DNA from: Amphiscolops sp. MND2022
Lineage: Eukaryota
NCBI GenBank assembly: GCA_964187785.1
Contig: OZ076409.1
Coordinates: forward strand, 23,190,001 to 23,254,000
DNA length: 64,000 nt
Direction of reading: 5' to 3'
The notes beneath the pieces are model-generated. The model had not been told where the DNA came from, searched no databases, and saw nothing but the letters and a program-made list of their open reading frames with translations. Of this stretch, positions 47,666-60,649 are shown in pieces (position 1 is the first letter of the stretch; every line of letters begins with the position of its first letter). Both the position numbers and the translations under genes were made by a program.

Positions 47666-49499
47666 CTTCAAGTCAAACCTGCTTTACTAAAATTCATGCA
47701 AGACAAGAAAACCAACTAAAAATCATGTAAAATTCTCAAATAAGCCCCCTACGCAAAGAACTCAGAGCGAAAAATCAATAGTTAACTTCATCAGGTAAAC
47801 GTCCTACGTTAGCAACACCTTCCTAAAAAATCACACCATTTATCCTTCCCTGATAATTCGTAGGTTTCGCCCCGTAGCTGACAAAAAATACCAAATCGCC
47901 TGAAAAACAAACCTAAGTACAACAAAACTTCCCCTACACGAAACCAAAATGAGTGTGTTCTACACTTTCCTAAAAAGTACATAAAAACAAAATATTTACC
48001 ATACCCACAAACACTTGCCAAAAATGAACTGTAATGCTACGTGACGACTGCTACTCACCGTCGTCTAACGTTCAAAAGTGCGGAAATAGACAAATGCGAA
48101 GCACCACACTCAAGCAACGCAGTTGTTACAAAGCAATAGTGAGCGCAACGACGCATACCTTTAGTCGTCAAAGAACTTCCGCAAACGCAAAATACATGTA
48201 ATCGAAACTTACCTCGCTGATAATTTTTGCAATTCATGTAAAATCACCTAACAATCACACTCAAACGGAAATGTCCTACATTTCTTGCTACCTTAACTCA
48301 CTGAACGAAAAGAAAGTAAAACTAAGCCACCAAACACGCTGGAATGAAAATTACCACGACTTAACTGGATAGATAAGGTTTTGTTGTTGAAACCTAAACC
48401 TCACCCTCCTTTCACAAGGATCATAATGTCGGCTATGTGGATGCGTCGTCAAAAGCGTGTCTGAGTGGTTGGTTGTGCATATTCAGATAAAGCTTGCTCT
48501 CAAGCGAGTGGATTCGGTGTTAGTTTTGTACGACAACAAAAACCTTTTCCTAGAGACGAATAAAAACCGGAAGAAAATGAGAAAAGCCTAACACGGCAAA
48601 ATACAGTCGTCATAACGTGAATAGAGAAAGTTCATTACTAGAAAACTCCACGTAGACAAGCAAACGAATGATGACAAACACGTATCGACTAAGTTCCAAA
48701 GACGTCAATGACACACATCACGAGTGATGACGTCAAAAGACACACATCAACGATGATGACGTCATAAACAACACGTCCTAGATAGGACACATGCAACTTG
48801 AAAATTGATTGATAAGCGAAAGGCAGAATACAACACTCAGTTAGTAAACACCCGTTCGAATACACGTCGGCCGAGTATAAAACAGAAAACCTAATATGTT
48901 CAAGTCATCTGAAAGAGCGGAGGGCTCCACCCACTCACCAAAAGTCACTCGTGCCGCATGTACTTCAACTGGATAACGTCAAACGGCATTTGGTGAGTGA
49001 GATATTTACAATTGTAGTCGCGAAAATAACTACTGTACCATCTACGAAATGACACGTAAAACTGAGCATGCAACTCCAACAAGTTGAAACCAGCTAAGTA
49101 GAAAACATGCAAATTAGACGAAAAACTTTTGATAATGTAGGCTGACAAGAAGCATGCAATATGCAACAAAATTCAAATTAAATAGCAAAAACAAGTAACA
49201 CTCAGAAGTTCTACTGCAACTCACAAGAAAAGGAGTCAAACGGCAAAAAAGTCAATTAACCTCTAGCCAGCCCACCATCTAATTACTCCAAAAATACTAA
49301 GGATAACAAAAACCCAAAAGAGTCAACACAGCAAAAACATCCAGATATCCAACTCAAATACATGTATATTACGAGAATAAACAAAACACCAGAAGAGTTT
49401 TTTTTCAACAAAGTCACACAAATGCAACAATAACATTGCCCACTGCGATAAAGTCTATTGGGTCCATAACCCAGTTTGATTTTTCAACAGCTCACTACA

Positions 49500-52400
49500 T
49501 AGTCCGCTCCAAACTCTCCAACTGGGCACAAACGGACGAACGGTAATTATCCTCGGTAATAGCAGACGTTCGCTGCACTTCGCCAGACAGCATTCTCTCG
49601 CAAACTATGGGTTCCTGACAGTTTCTTTTGTAGCAACTGTTCCCAGGGATAACAGCGGTCTGCATCTCCCAACCGGTATACCTATAGATCTACTGACTCG
49701 CAATGGCGCAACAAACCAGCCACAGACCGACGGTCACGACCGACAAAGTTTTCTGACAACCAGCTCCAAACGAAACTCGATGTCGACCACACTTCCAACT
49801 CTGAGAGAGCAGTAGCCCCTTTATCCAGGAAATAGTCTTCGTACTGACTACGTAAGAATCCGCTGAATACTAGTTGAATCACCTCCAAAAGCTCAGCACA
49901 GCAATGCTAAGGCGGATGTGTCAACCAAAAACTTAGTACATCATCCGCTACAGGTCCTTCGTTGGATTGGCTCTGCCACTTCTGACGGAAGTACTCACAC
50001 ACCTCCCTATACTGTCTCCAAAGTTGACGCCGGACCAGAACTAGACAAGTTTCTAGAAGCGATTCAACCAATATGTCTTTATTGCCATTGAACACTAAGA
50101 CAGGATCAAACGAAGTCAAGCACAGTTTTTTGTCACTTTTCTCTTTTGTCAACTCCACAAACAATCCTGCAAGAAAACGTTGCACCTCGCGGTATAAGTA
50201 CAGCTGCTGTGAGCGGACGTCGAACTGAAAGTATTGCTCGAACAACGCACGAAATCTTTTCTCATCCGGTGTAGTATCAGTCAACAGCTGCATGTCCACA
50301 ATCGCTGGTAGATCGTACGGCGCGGGCACATTACCAGGAGACTGAATAAGTAGGCGTACCTTACAATGCATAGACAAGCTAAAGTTCTTCAAAAACAATC
50401 CTGTGCGTGTAATCCCTTAGATTCCATAGACATGCCTATAAACGTGCAAAATTGAATAATTTCCACTAGTTTTGTGGAAACCGAGACACCGTCAACGCAA
50501 GTCTGTGGAATCCAAAAACATATACTTAAAACATTAGCGGTGCCGCAGAGCTGTCGACAGGTTTTTGTCTTAGTTTCCGCAGTAGTACTTCACGTATGAA
50601 CTGCACATTCCCGCATGAAACAAACGTCAAGACTCCGGCTTGTCAAACACAGAGTAGGACACTTGGTAGCAACTGAAACAATACACAGTATGTCCCAACA
50701 AAAGTATCAAAAAACTAAGATCTTCCCACCAGAGCCAATTCCTTTTTTCCTTTCGCAACTGCAAATTCCAATCCCCAACACAAATACAAAAACTAAGCTC
50801 CTAACTGCATGTTATACCACAAAAGACAAACAAGCAAAACTACTCACAAATACTCAGCAGATACTTGAGGACGACAAAACGAGGCCGTGATAGGCGGTCT
50901 TCGAACACATGGTATTCGAATTTCGGCTGTGACTTGACCTCGGATGCAGCTGTTAATCGATGCGTTTCGAAGTATAAGCTGACGTCGTTCCATCGCTCTA
51001 CAAGCTCAGAACACACCTCCGGTCAATTCAGCAATAGACACTTCCGGCTCTCGCACAAACTAGAAAAACAACATATTCGATGAATATTATACCACATCTA
51101 CACCACGAGTACACCCAACACCAGGACATAAAAAAACAGTGACACGAAAGACTTACCCTTTGCAATTGAGGCAATCTAGCAAAATACGGATCGTTAAACA
51201 CGCCAGCCAGTTGATATTTCAGAAAGTCCAAGACACTATATGGGTCAAGACCACTGAGCTGCGTCGTAAATCGTTTGCGAATCACGCTTTGAATCCACTG
51301 CACGTCAAATAAGTGCATGACAACAGGCACAGTAGTGTCTGCCACACTGGCTATAGCCCGACCGACTTTCAAATGCTCTTCGACACACACAACATGCGTA
51401 CATGCATACGTGAGATTGAGTCCACACAAGAAATTGTATTCACAACCAAACGAGTAAGTGCTGACTGCCAGTGGTCCCCTGAACGACACATTCCCACAAG
51501 AACACACTTGACATTGCTTCAGTCTAGGAAATTGCAGTCAACTTGCCAAATTGATTTCTCGCACGTCAACCGCACACCAACGTGGGCTCCCCGACTCGTC
51601 AACTCGCTCAACTGATCAACGACGTAAGGGTATAGTCCGTTCAAGATAATACTCTGCAAACACAATTTTTTTCTCAACTAAAGATCGAGTTAAACCACTG
51701 CACATACAAACAACCACCCCCTCCCAGAGCACACACATGATCACCAACAAGGAATCTAGCACAAACAACGTCGTAATACCAACACAGAACTAACCTGACA
51801 TTTCGCATAAGTGAGTGAGCGCTCGAGAAATTCCAGTTCACTTCGCCTGGCGACTGACCACATATGCACAATGCGAAGCACTCCGCGAACATCAGTAACA
51901 GCAGCAAATGCACTGACCACCTATGGGTCAACCATAAGTAGAAAGCACTGTCCTCGTCCAACTTAGGCTTGTTTGCTGCTGCCACTGATGATTTTTCAAT
52001 CGCCATCCGTTCCTCGACTGTCAAAACGCAGTCGTGTTTCCCAATATATGGGTGGCTCCACAATCCGTTCCAGACGAATACAGCGATCTTCGTCGGCGGA
52101 CACTGGTCGAAAGGACTTGTCTAACAAAGGGCCCTGTGTCATAATTCGGAACTTTTTCCCAAGCGCGTGTGCTCGGCACCCTTCCAGTGCCCCCACAGAT
52201 TCCCAAGTCCTCGTCCCGCTATGCTTATGTGCACTGTACACAGCAAGCACCGGGCATATCCGTCCACGACCCACTTGTGTCGGGGGAAGCCAACAAAGAG
52301 GCTCACAACAGATGAAACAAAGTATGTGGGCCTCAACGTTTCGATCTTTTGCTTCCGTACTGAAAAGCCACAAACGATACTTTGACTAACTGACAAACTT

Positions 52401-53591
52401 CGAGTCATCACAACAAAACCAAACTCTGTCTCTCCCCTTTTAAAACCAAAAAAATCATTTTTCGCGTACATAACTTGCTTAGCATTAGAAATCCTCTACC
52501 CCTAAAACCCGTCATGTGATCTTATGAGATTTTTACCAGGTTTTTTTGCTGACGAAGGAGGCAGGTTAGCTGATTTTCCCACCGCTGACAACACAACCTC
52601 ATCTCCAAATGCCGTCGGAACTGAAGAAGCCCTAACAAGGGACTCTGACAACCTAGTCACTGATGGACCACTTGTCACAGAAGCAGTAGGCAACTCCACA
52701 AGTGGCGAAACAGGCTCAACAGACGATGTATGGAAGGCAATTATTTCCCGAAACAACTCTTTCATCTATTGCAAAAAGTCAGCCATAGCCATCGCCCTCG
52801 CGGTTCCTAACAGGCCCATAGTTGACTCAACCACCGCCTTCACCTATCCATGCACATCGCGTTCTAATCTAGCTTCTATGGACGACCAGTGAGATAAAAG
52901 GTTTGCCTGGACAGTCTATTCACCTGCAAACACTAACCAATTATGTTCAGCAAATAATACTGCCTGATTACCAACCCCCTCCCCCACTAACGAAAAAGCC
53001 ACGACCCTAGACTTCAGTTGGGCTTTTTTTACTTTGCTGGATAGTAAGGATACAAGCTACATTACTTACCGGATCGAGGCGAAAGCACTTCGCCTAGCGC
53101 CGAACACCTCGGTTGTGTCTCCGGTCATTGCGGCTTGCTGACAGCGAGGATAATATTGGCTTATAGAACTGAAAAAGTGACCACTCTACGCACACCCTAC
53201 ATTTACAAAACCCGGGTAACTACACAGAAAGAGACACCAAGAGAGAAATTAACGTGACACCAAGCAGCGCAAAACACAGAAGGAGAGAGTCGTCACTTAC
53301 CCCACTCGCTGCCCTAGCAATAAGAAACTGAATCAAAAGTATAGCGCAGAACTTACTAATCTCTTTTGATAGCGCCACGTCCAACAGACACTCGGGCCCG
53401 GGACGTCCTGTACCAGACACCCGAACCGCTAATTCACAACAATTTGGGGCACTGGTGACGTTGGCAGTCAACTGGCCCAGCTCTGAAGAATTTGACCCTG
53501 ACGACATCTTGATCTCCAACAAACAACTCTCAGCTTGCGAAACAATGGAGACAAGCTCAGCATTAGTAATTCCTTCGCCAACGTTGGACAT
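49500..53591 (-). pseudogene. Antisense, intron-containing hAT-transposase-like gene inside element D
   Basis: Zinc finger ARCLLCTVHISIAGRGLGNLWGHWKGAEH; KCQ|SIILNGLYPY; ELVERWNDVSLYF; LSFW..ELLEVIQLVF; GT-AG introns. Confidence 0.65.
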
Positions 53592-53910
53592 AAATCAGTA
53601 TGCTAACAGAGGATATAACTTTAACTGGCAAACAACAGATGACGACTAGAATGAAACATTGTTCATTCCACGTGATTGTGTGGCCTGATCAACTATGCAT
53701 TCTCAAAAAAGTGAAGCTGTACGACCCAAACACAAAGACAAAATTGCTGGAATCAGCCGTTAGTTCGACAGCCTAATCATTCCCTTCTCAAATAGACGAT
53801 AAAACAGTTCGTCGACAACACTTAGTAGTTATCGCAGAAAACTCAGTTATATTCGAAAAACCACTTTAAAATGTTTTGAACAGTGAAAACTCAAACAACC
53901 ACACAACCCA

Positions 53911-54688
53911 AACAACCAAAGCAATTAGTCGTCGCCAACAATTAGTGCATTGATCTACACGTTTGTATTCATAGTTACCGCCACCATTTTAATCGTGGAG
54001 TAATCGGGGCTGAAGGTATGAAAAGTAGTGATGTAATAACAGGTGCGAAAGTGCTGCGAGGGAAATTAGCGACGACTGAAGTAACCAGTCGTCTAACGTA
54101 CCTTGAAGTGTGAATTGCCGGATCAATGAAAAACACCAGGTAAGTGGACGCAATCAATTAGGTATAATGTACGCATGACTAGAAAAACTGGGGGTGCTTA
54201 AACGAATTAGAAAGTCACCAGTTGAAATTGTGCTACCACTGTAACCAGACGAATGTACACGATATTGAAATATCATTACTACCTTGCTTACGTGTCAACA
54301 ACGTTAACATTTTCCCATTCAATATTAATTCAAATCTTATTTAAACTTCTCTATTAACTTGAAAAAAATGGTGAGCACCAGATCGCTAATCCTCAGAGAA
54401 AACAGAATAGAGCAGACGGCAGACTTTCTGATAATGATGATAATGTCAGCGTAACTGATCTTTACCGTGAAAGTTACTTTGGTGAGAATGACGACGAGAC
54501 AATGAGGTCAAAAAGAGAGAGACCACGGAAGGCTCAGAATAAAGCAGAGATTTAGAGATTTATAGATATGAAAAGGCAGATTGGAGAGTTGACTAGTATT
54601 GTGAAAGCCCTTACTGAGAAAATTTCAACCAGTAAGGAAGGGAACCACCAAGACGTCCTAAATTCTGAGACGTCAACTCGTTCTGACA
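53911..54688 (+). repeat. 3' LTR of element D (alignable part)
   Basis: Direct repeat of 41112-41642; contains the MVSTRS ATG at 54368. Confidence 0.85.
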
Positions 54689-54859
54689 CCACGTGGTTTT
54701 GCAAGTTAGGCCGTTGAAGGGTTTCTATTAACAATTAATTTTTTTGGGTTCATTAGAATATTCAAACAACACTTCTTGAAAGTTTGAGTGGGGGGATGGA
54801 AAACAGTTTGCCGTGCATTTTTATTCTGAGCTTGCATTTTCATCTTTTTGCTTTGTTTT

Positions 54860-55500
54860 TTAGAGTCAAACAAGAAATCAAAGGTCGAGCACAAGATAGT
54901 TCAGAGCACACACGTACAATTATACAAGCATCGACATCAGCAATTGACACCGAATACGCAGTAGCTTTGCCTTCATACAGATCAAGGGTGAGAGTTATTG
55001 AACGGCAACGCAACGGGGAAACCTTAAATCCTTGTAACATTAAAGAAGTTGCAATTCCGGTAGAACTACAAGTCACAGAGAAAAATGACCAGTTTCTCGC
55101 TTACGAATCTGGCCCTGATGAAGAAGATCGGGTGTTAATTTTTGCCACACAGACCAACCTTGACATTCTGGGGACAAGCCAAGATTGGCATACTGACAGA
55201 ACGTTCAACGTTTCCCCCAACTTTTCTATAAGATATACTCCGTGCATGCTGTTTACAATGAACACACAGTGCCCTTAGTTTTTATGTTGCTGACATGTAA
55301 GAGCGCAGCTATATATAAAAAGGCGTTCACAGTGAAAATTGCTCGTATACAAGCTGAAGAACAACCACGCAAAGTCAAAAAGTATGTTAAGTCCAACGAA
55401 CAGCTCGAAACCATCTTGAGCACATATCAGAACAACCCCATTCACTCTTTCTCAATGCAAGAAGGTATAGCGAACAATAATGAATTTTACACTCCCTTTG
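54860..55500 (+). mobile_element. Mutator/MULE transposase remnant, internally deleted
   Basis: RVLIFAT..NL..L....WHTDRTF..SP, H.....VPLVFMLLTCKS..IY. Confidence 0.8.
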
Positions 55501-55628
55501 TTCGTTTTAATTACCTAATTAGATAATTTTTTTGTTCCAATTCAATATTGGTATATTTTGTCGCTTTTTCATATTCAATATGAGTTGCCGCTTGATATGA
55601 GTTGTCGCTATGCTATTTAAGACTACTT

Positions 55629-55708
55629 GCTACTTGGCCTAGTGGTTAAGGTGCGTGATTAGAAAGCAAGAGTATCTCGGTTCGAATCCCGCTCGGTACC
55701 GATTTTTT
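55629..55708 (+). pseudogene. tRNA-like sequence (tRNA pseudogene or SINE head), AGA in the anticodon-like loop
   Basis: A box TGGCCTAGTGG, B box GGTTCGAATCC, T6 run; stems pair poorly. Confidence 0.6.
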
Positions 55709-55737
55709 GTGAGCTTTCACTTGTTTGACGATCATAT

Positions 55738-56120
55738 TTTTAGTCGGCGCATTTTAGAAGGAAATGTTGACGACTAATAGTGGCGAGATGTTTCGTCAGA
55801 TAACACAATAAAAACGTAGTGGACACTTTTTCCAGAATTTTTGGACCGGCAAGCGGAAACGCATCTGTTAGTGTAAAAGGTGCCCTTTCGTTTATTCCCT
55901 TTTTAACGTAGGATACAAAATCGGACGAGACAATAGGGTCCCCCTTTTGGTTTTTTCGGCATTGTGAGACGTTTTGCCGAAAATGTTTTATTGTCCTCAA
56001 ATGGGCCCTTTTCATTTTTTGGTATTTCACAACTTCCCCTTTTACAATTTCAAAAATTTGCCTATTTTGAATTTTTCCGTCTTCTTTCTTTTTTCTCCAG
56101 GCCATAGACCTCACACTGAA
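55738..56120 (+). repeat. Partial HINE-family repeat
   Basis: TTTTTAGTCGGCGC start; GGACGAGA..AGGGTCCCC and GACCTCACACTGA blocks. Confidence 0.55.
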
Positions 56121-57272
56121 AGGTCCATTAGCGGGCATAGGCACGCTACATTTTCTCAAAGCACAATTTCCTGATTTCAATACCTCGGATTCCACGACCA
56201 TCCCTTTAACCGTGCAAAAATGGCAAATGCGTCAAAAGTCCTGGATTCCACAGATTTTGTTGTAGATTCCAGCAACAAATGCTTAGCTGTAGGCACTGTC
56301 AGCATGCCGCTTTGTCCCGGATTCCACAAAAACGTAAGTTTTGCAAAACGAACCAATCAGATTGCAGAATTTATGAAATTCCTGGATACCACGACTTTAT
56401 GCATGACGCGATACGCGGCATCTCTTCCTGAATTAATTTCAAGTGGAAGATTGAACAAACAAAATTTTATGCACTACTTTTCGTATAATAATTCAAAATG
56501 ATCCAACACACCAAAATTACAAAAATAATCGTGTTTTTCGAAATTTAGTAAAGTTTTAAACAAACTGCCAGATCATCACAATCTGCCATTATTTGATGAC
56601 ATGCTGCAATTTTGGTACCAGTCATGAGTATCTCTAATCGTACTTTGGTCGGATTTTTTGTGTCAATCAAGACCATTTCAATTGCTACAAAATTGATTTA
56701 ATTTAAGTTCTTCGGCCTTTCCAATAATGATCATGCAAAATGAATAATGAAGTACACAAGTATTCGTAGTTTTCAAAGTTTCCCAAGTGCGCCGATTTTT
56801 TGAATCTAATATATTGTCCTTGTATCACGAAAATATTGATTGAATCTGTTTGGCGTTTCATAATAGTATGACATTTTTATATGTGTCTGCCTTGTCATTA
56901 AAATCTGGCAGATTTTCTTAAAGTTTCATGTTTCTTATTGGTTAGCGTTCTTAGAGGCCTGCATTTTGTCCTCACGTAAGATATATGGACATATTTTGTC
57001 TTTCTGACTTGTAATAGCAACGAAATTCGGTCTCAAAAGTAATTCAAAGGTGAAATTAATCATGAATAATTTTAGTCCCGATCGTTAGCACTTTATTTAC
57101 TCACGATTGGGATCAAAAGATCACAAAATCTTTTTTCATATTAGTATACTATTAGGCCGGCTTTATGTTCGCACGAAAAATATGTTGGACTAATGTTGCC
57201 TCTCTGACTTGTAATTGCAACGAAATTCGTCCCAAAAGTAATTCCAAGGTGAAATTAATCATAAATAATTTA

Positions 57273-58360
57273 GGTGCCAATCGGGAGTTTCAAAAGTTTT
57301 CAAACCAGTAGACACAAATAACATCAGCTTGAAAAGCGAGAAGTGCAGTTTCGCTCTAACATCAGCGCGAATAGGACAGAAATCAACAAGATGCCAGAAA
57401 CAGTTAATCACGCGGCACACATAAACAATAACAGCCAATCACACGGCAGATCAGATGAAAGAAACGAATATTACGAAAATAATTTGCCCAAATCAAAGCA
57501 CAACGCCAACATTCTCAAGTGGCTCAATCAGATCATCCGCCATTTAGTGAATTGGCACAAAATATTCAACTGATTAAATCAGCAGCAATGTCACAAATCC
57601 TTTCGACCTCTGCAATGTCATTAACGTTTCACTTATATTATTTTTTAAATTTTTGAGACCCGATGGAGGCCACGTTCTTGTCGTGGGTCTTGTCAAGTGT
57701 GATACTATGTATCCCATGAGCTGAGTGCCTCCCTAAAAATACAGCATAAGGACCTTGGGAACCAAACTCTGTGAACTTTGTTCATAGGTGGATGTCGTGT
57801 CCGACATTTCCCCATTTTAATTTCAACAGGACACGCGTCAAAATTTCAAGTCATTGACAGTGTAGAAATTAAATTAAACGTGTCATTCATTCACAAACGG
57901 TTCAATATTATAAATCGGCAAAGTTTGCTGAACTGCTATTTTTGGATAGGTTGGCCTTCAACCATTGAGCCTAATGATATAAATAATCCGGCGTTCAATT
58001 CGAATAAAAATTCATTGGTAGACATTCATCACTGTAGTGATTAGACTGACGCTTTGTTTTTGTGTACATCGATCACCGAGAATGTTTGGATTTTTTACGT
58101 AATTATAAAGCATAACCTAAACCCATAAACTCTCACTGTTTTTCACTGTTTCAAACATTGGATGAACATCAAAGTCCATATAGATTCTGAATGACCCAAA
58201 CAACAATTGTCGTGGTTTCCACCAAAATAGCATTCATTGTTCAATGGCCATGAAAACAACTAAGGAAATTATGACCATATCTGTATACATGTGTCGTGAA
58301 AACCACATACATATCTTAAACTGTAAGATAACAACTACCAAAGGAGCTAGTACGTCAATA
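57273..58360 (+). repeat. Left arm of a long inverted repeat
   Basis: Reverse complement of ~59520-60624. Confidence 0.9.
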
Positions 58361-59321
58361 TGTAAAGATTAATTTACCGTATATACCATTATGTAAAGTT
58401 TGATATACCGTAAATCCGGGTATTCGATTTTATTTTTATGTTATATGAAACTAATTCCTTTTTTATGTTAAAGGGGGCCTAATTTCGTGTTTATGCTATT
58501 TGCTCTTATGTTATTTGGTACGTGATCGTCTGGTTTTGACTCGCTCTCGCTTACTTTTGACGATTGGCTGCATTTTCTTGAAGTGGCGGTTTGTTTACTT
58601 TTGCACTCCGCTCTCACTTGCCATATTTGCTCCACCTTGCAACTCGCTACCTGTTGTCACTTTTGCTTCTATTGGTTGGTTCTCCGCACTGTGCGTGTTC
58701 TGTTTTGCTGTTGCTGAAACAATTGAATTACGTTTAGTTATTTCATTTACTGTGAACCAATTTTTCCACAATACCTCTTTAGTTTTTTTCCTGAATACTA
58801 CTATTTTCAGAGAGATGCCTCGACAAAAAGTCGGCCATTCCCATTGTCCTGCCAAGTACATGTACTACATTAAATTTAAAGGGTAAAAACGGTCGACCAA
58901 TTGAGTTCATTTTGATGAAAATGTTTTTTTTTGCTCTATTGCCTTTGAAAATGGAAGGTAAAGCCTTAAGGTCCGAAACTACTTCAAATTCTGTGCCATA
59001 AACGAAATTGCGGAAGTTTTCGATTGTCCATACTACAACTGAAAACTAAGCACTTACTGTAGTTGTTCTTTAGCATCAGTACACAATCAACGACTCAGAT
59101 ACGAAAGAAGGAGTTTGAAAGCAACTGTAAATTACTACGAATTTCACTTTATGGCTATTAACATCTAAGACTTAGATGCGAACGACGAATTTGATAGCAA
59201 CTGTAAATTAGTATGAATTTCACTTTATGGCAACAGATGTTGTTTTGCCACTTGGGCAAAATTTGACAGTTTGTTAATTTTTATGTAAATAAATATTTTC
59301 TCACTTCTGTTTTCTCACGTT

Positions 59322-60624
59322 TCAATATTGACGTACGACCCTCTTTGGTAGTTGTTTTCTCACAGTTAAAGATATGTATGTAGTTTCCACGACACATGTA
59401 TAAAGATGTGGTCTTGCTTTCCATAGTTGTTTTCATGGCCATTGAACAATGAATGCTATTTTGGTGGAAACAACGACAATATGCTAAAAATGGTGGAATT
59501 CAGGACATTATAGTCAGATTTAAATATTGAGGTACTACCTCCTCTGGTATTTGTTATTTTACAGTTTAAGATAAGTATGTGGTTTCCACGACACATGTTC
59601 AAAGATATGGTCTTAATTTCCATAGTTGTTTTCATGGCCATTGAACAAAAAGTGCTTTTTTGGTGTAAACGATGACAATGTATCAAATTGTTGTTTGCGT
59701 CAGTCAGAATCGACATCTACTTTGATTTTCATCCAATGTTCGAAAAAGTGAAAATGGTAGAAGTTATGGGCTTAGGTTATGCTATATAAATACGTAAAAA
59801 TTCCAAACACTCTCTGTGGTCGATGAACGGAAAAAATTGCGTCAGGTTGAATACTACAGTGATCAATGTTTACCAATAAATATTTATTCGAATTGAACTC
59901 CGGAACAACTATATTATTTAGCTCATTGGTTGAAGGCCAACCTACCTATCGAAAAAAAGCAGTTCAGCAAAATTTGCCAAATTATAATGTTGAGCCGTTT
60001 GTGAATGAATGCCATGTTTATTTTTAATTCGTACACTGTCAATGACTTGAAATTTGACGCCTGTTCTGTTGAAAATAAAACGGGGAAAATGTCGGACACG
60101 ACATCCACCTAAGAACAAAGTTCACAGAGTTTGATTGGTTGCCAAGGTCCTTATGCTGTATTACTAGGGAGGCACTCAGCTCGTGAGGTACATAGTATCA
60201 TACTTGACAAGACCTTCAACAAGAACGTGGCCTCCATCGGGTCTCAAAAGTTTAAAATAATATAAGTGAAACGTTAATGACATTGCAGAGGTCGAAGGGA
60301 TTTGTGACATTGTTTCTGATTCAATCAGTTGAATATTTTGTGCCAATTCACTGTTTGGCGGCTGATCTGATTGAGCCACTTGAGGATGTTGGCGTTGTGC
60401 TTTGATTTGAGCAATTATTTTCGTATTATTCGTTTCTTTCATCTGAGCTGCCGTGTGATTGCCTGTTATTGTTTATGTGTGCCGCGTGATTGGCTGGGTC
60501 TGGCATCTTGTTGATTTCTGTCCTATTCGCGCTGATGTTCCAGCAAATTTGCACTTCTGGCTTTTCAAACTGATGTTCTTTGTGTCTACTGGTTTGAAAA
60601 ATTTTGAAACTCCCGATTGGCACC
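59322..60624 (-). repeat. Right arm of the long inverted repeat, with its inner ~160 bp duplicated (59322-59480)
   Basis: GGTGCCAATCGGGAGTTTC at 57273 vs GAAACTCCCGATTGGCACC ending 60624. Confidence 0.9.
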
Positions 60625-60649
60625 ACTGGAGTCCACTTTGCACGGAAAT

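Larger units (their letters stand above)
41112..54688 (+). mobile_element. Decayed Ty3/Gypsy element D (related to A) with a ~6-kb insert between pol and the 3' LTR; true 5' end probably nearer 40600
   Basis: LTR-like direct repeats, PBS TGGTGACAGGAG at 41643, fragmented gag and pol. Confidence 0.85.

Noticed and set aside
55629..55701. Functional tRNA-Ser(AGA)
   Set aside because: Acceptor and anticodon stems are mispaired and there is no long variable arm; kept only as tRNA-like.
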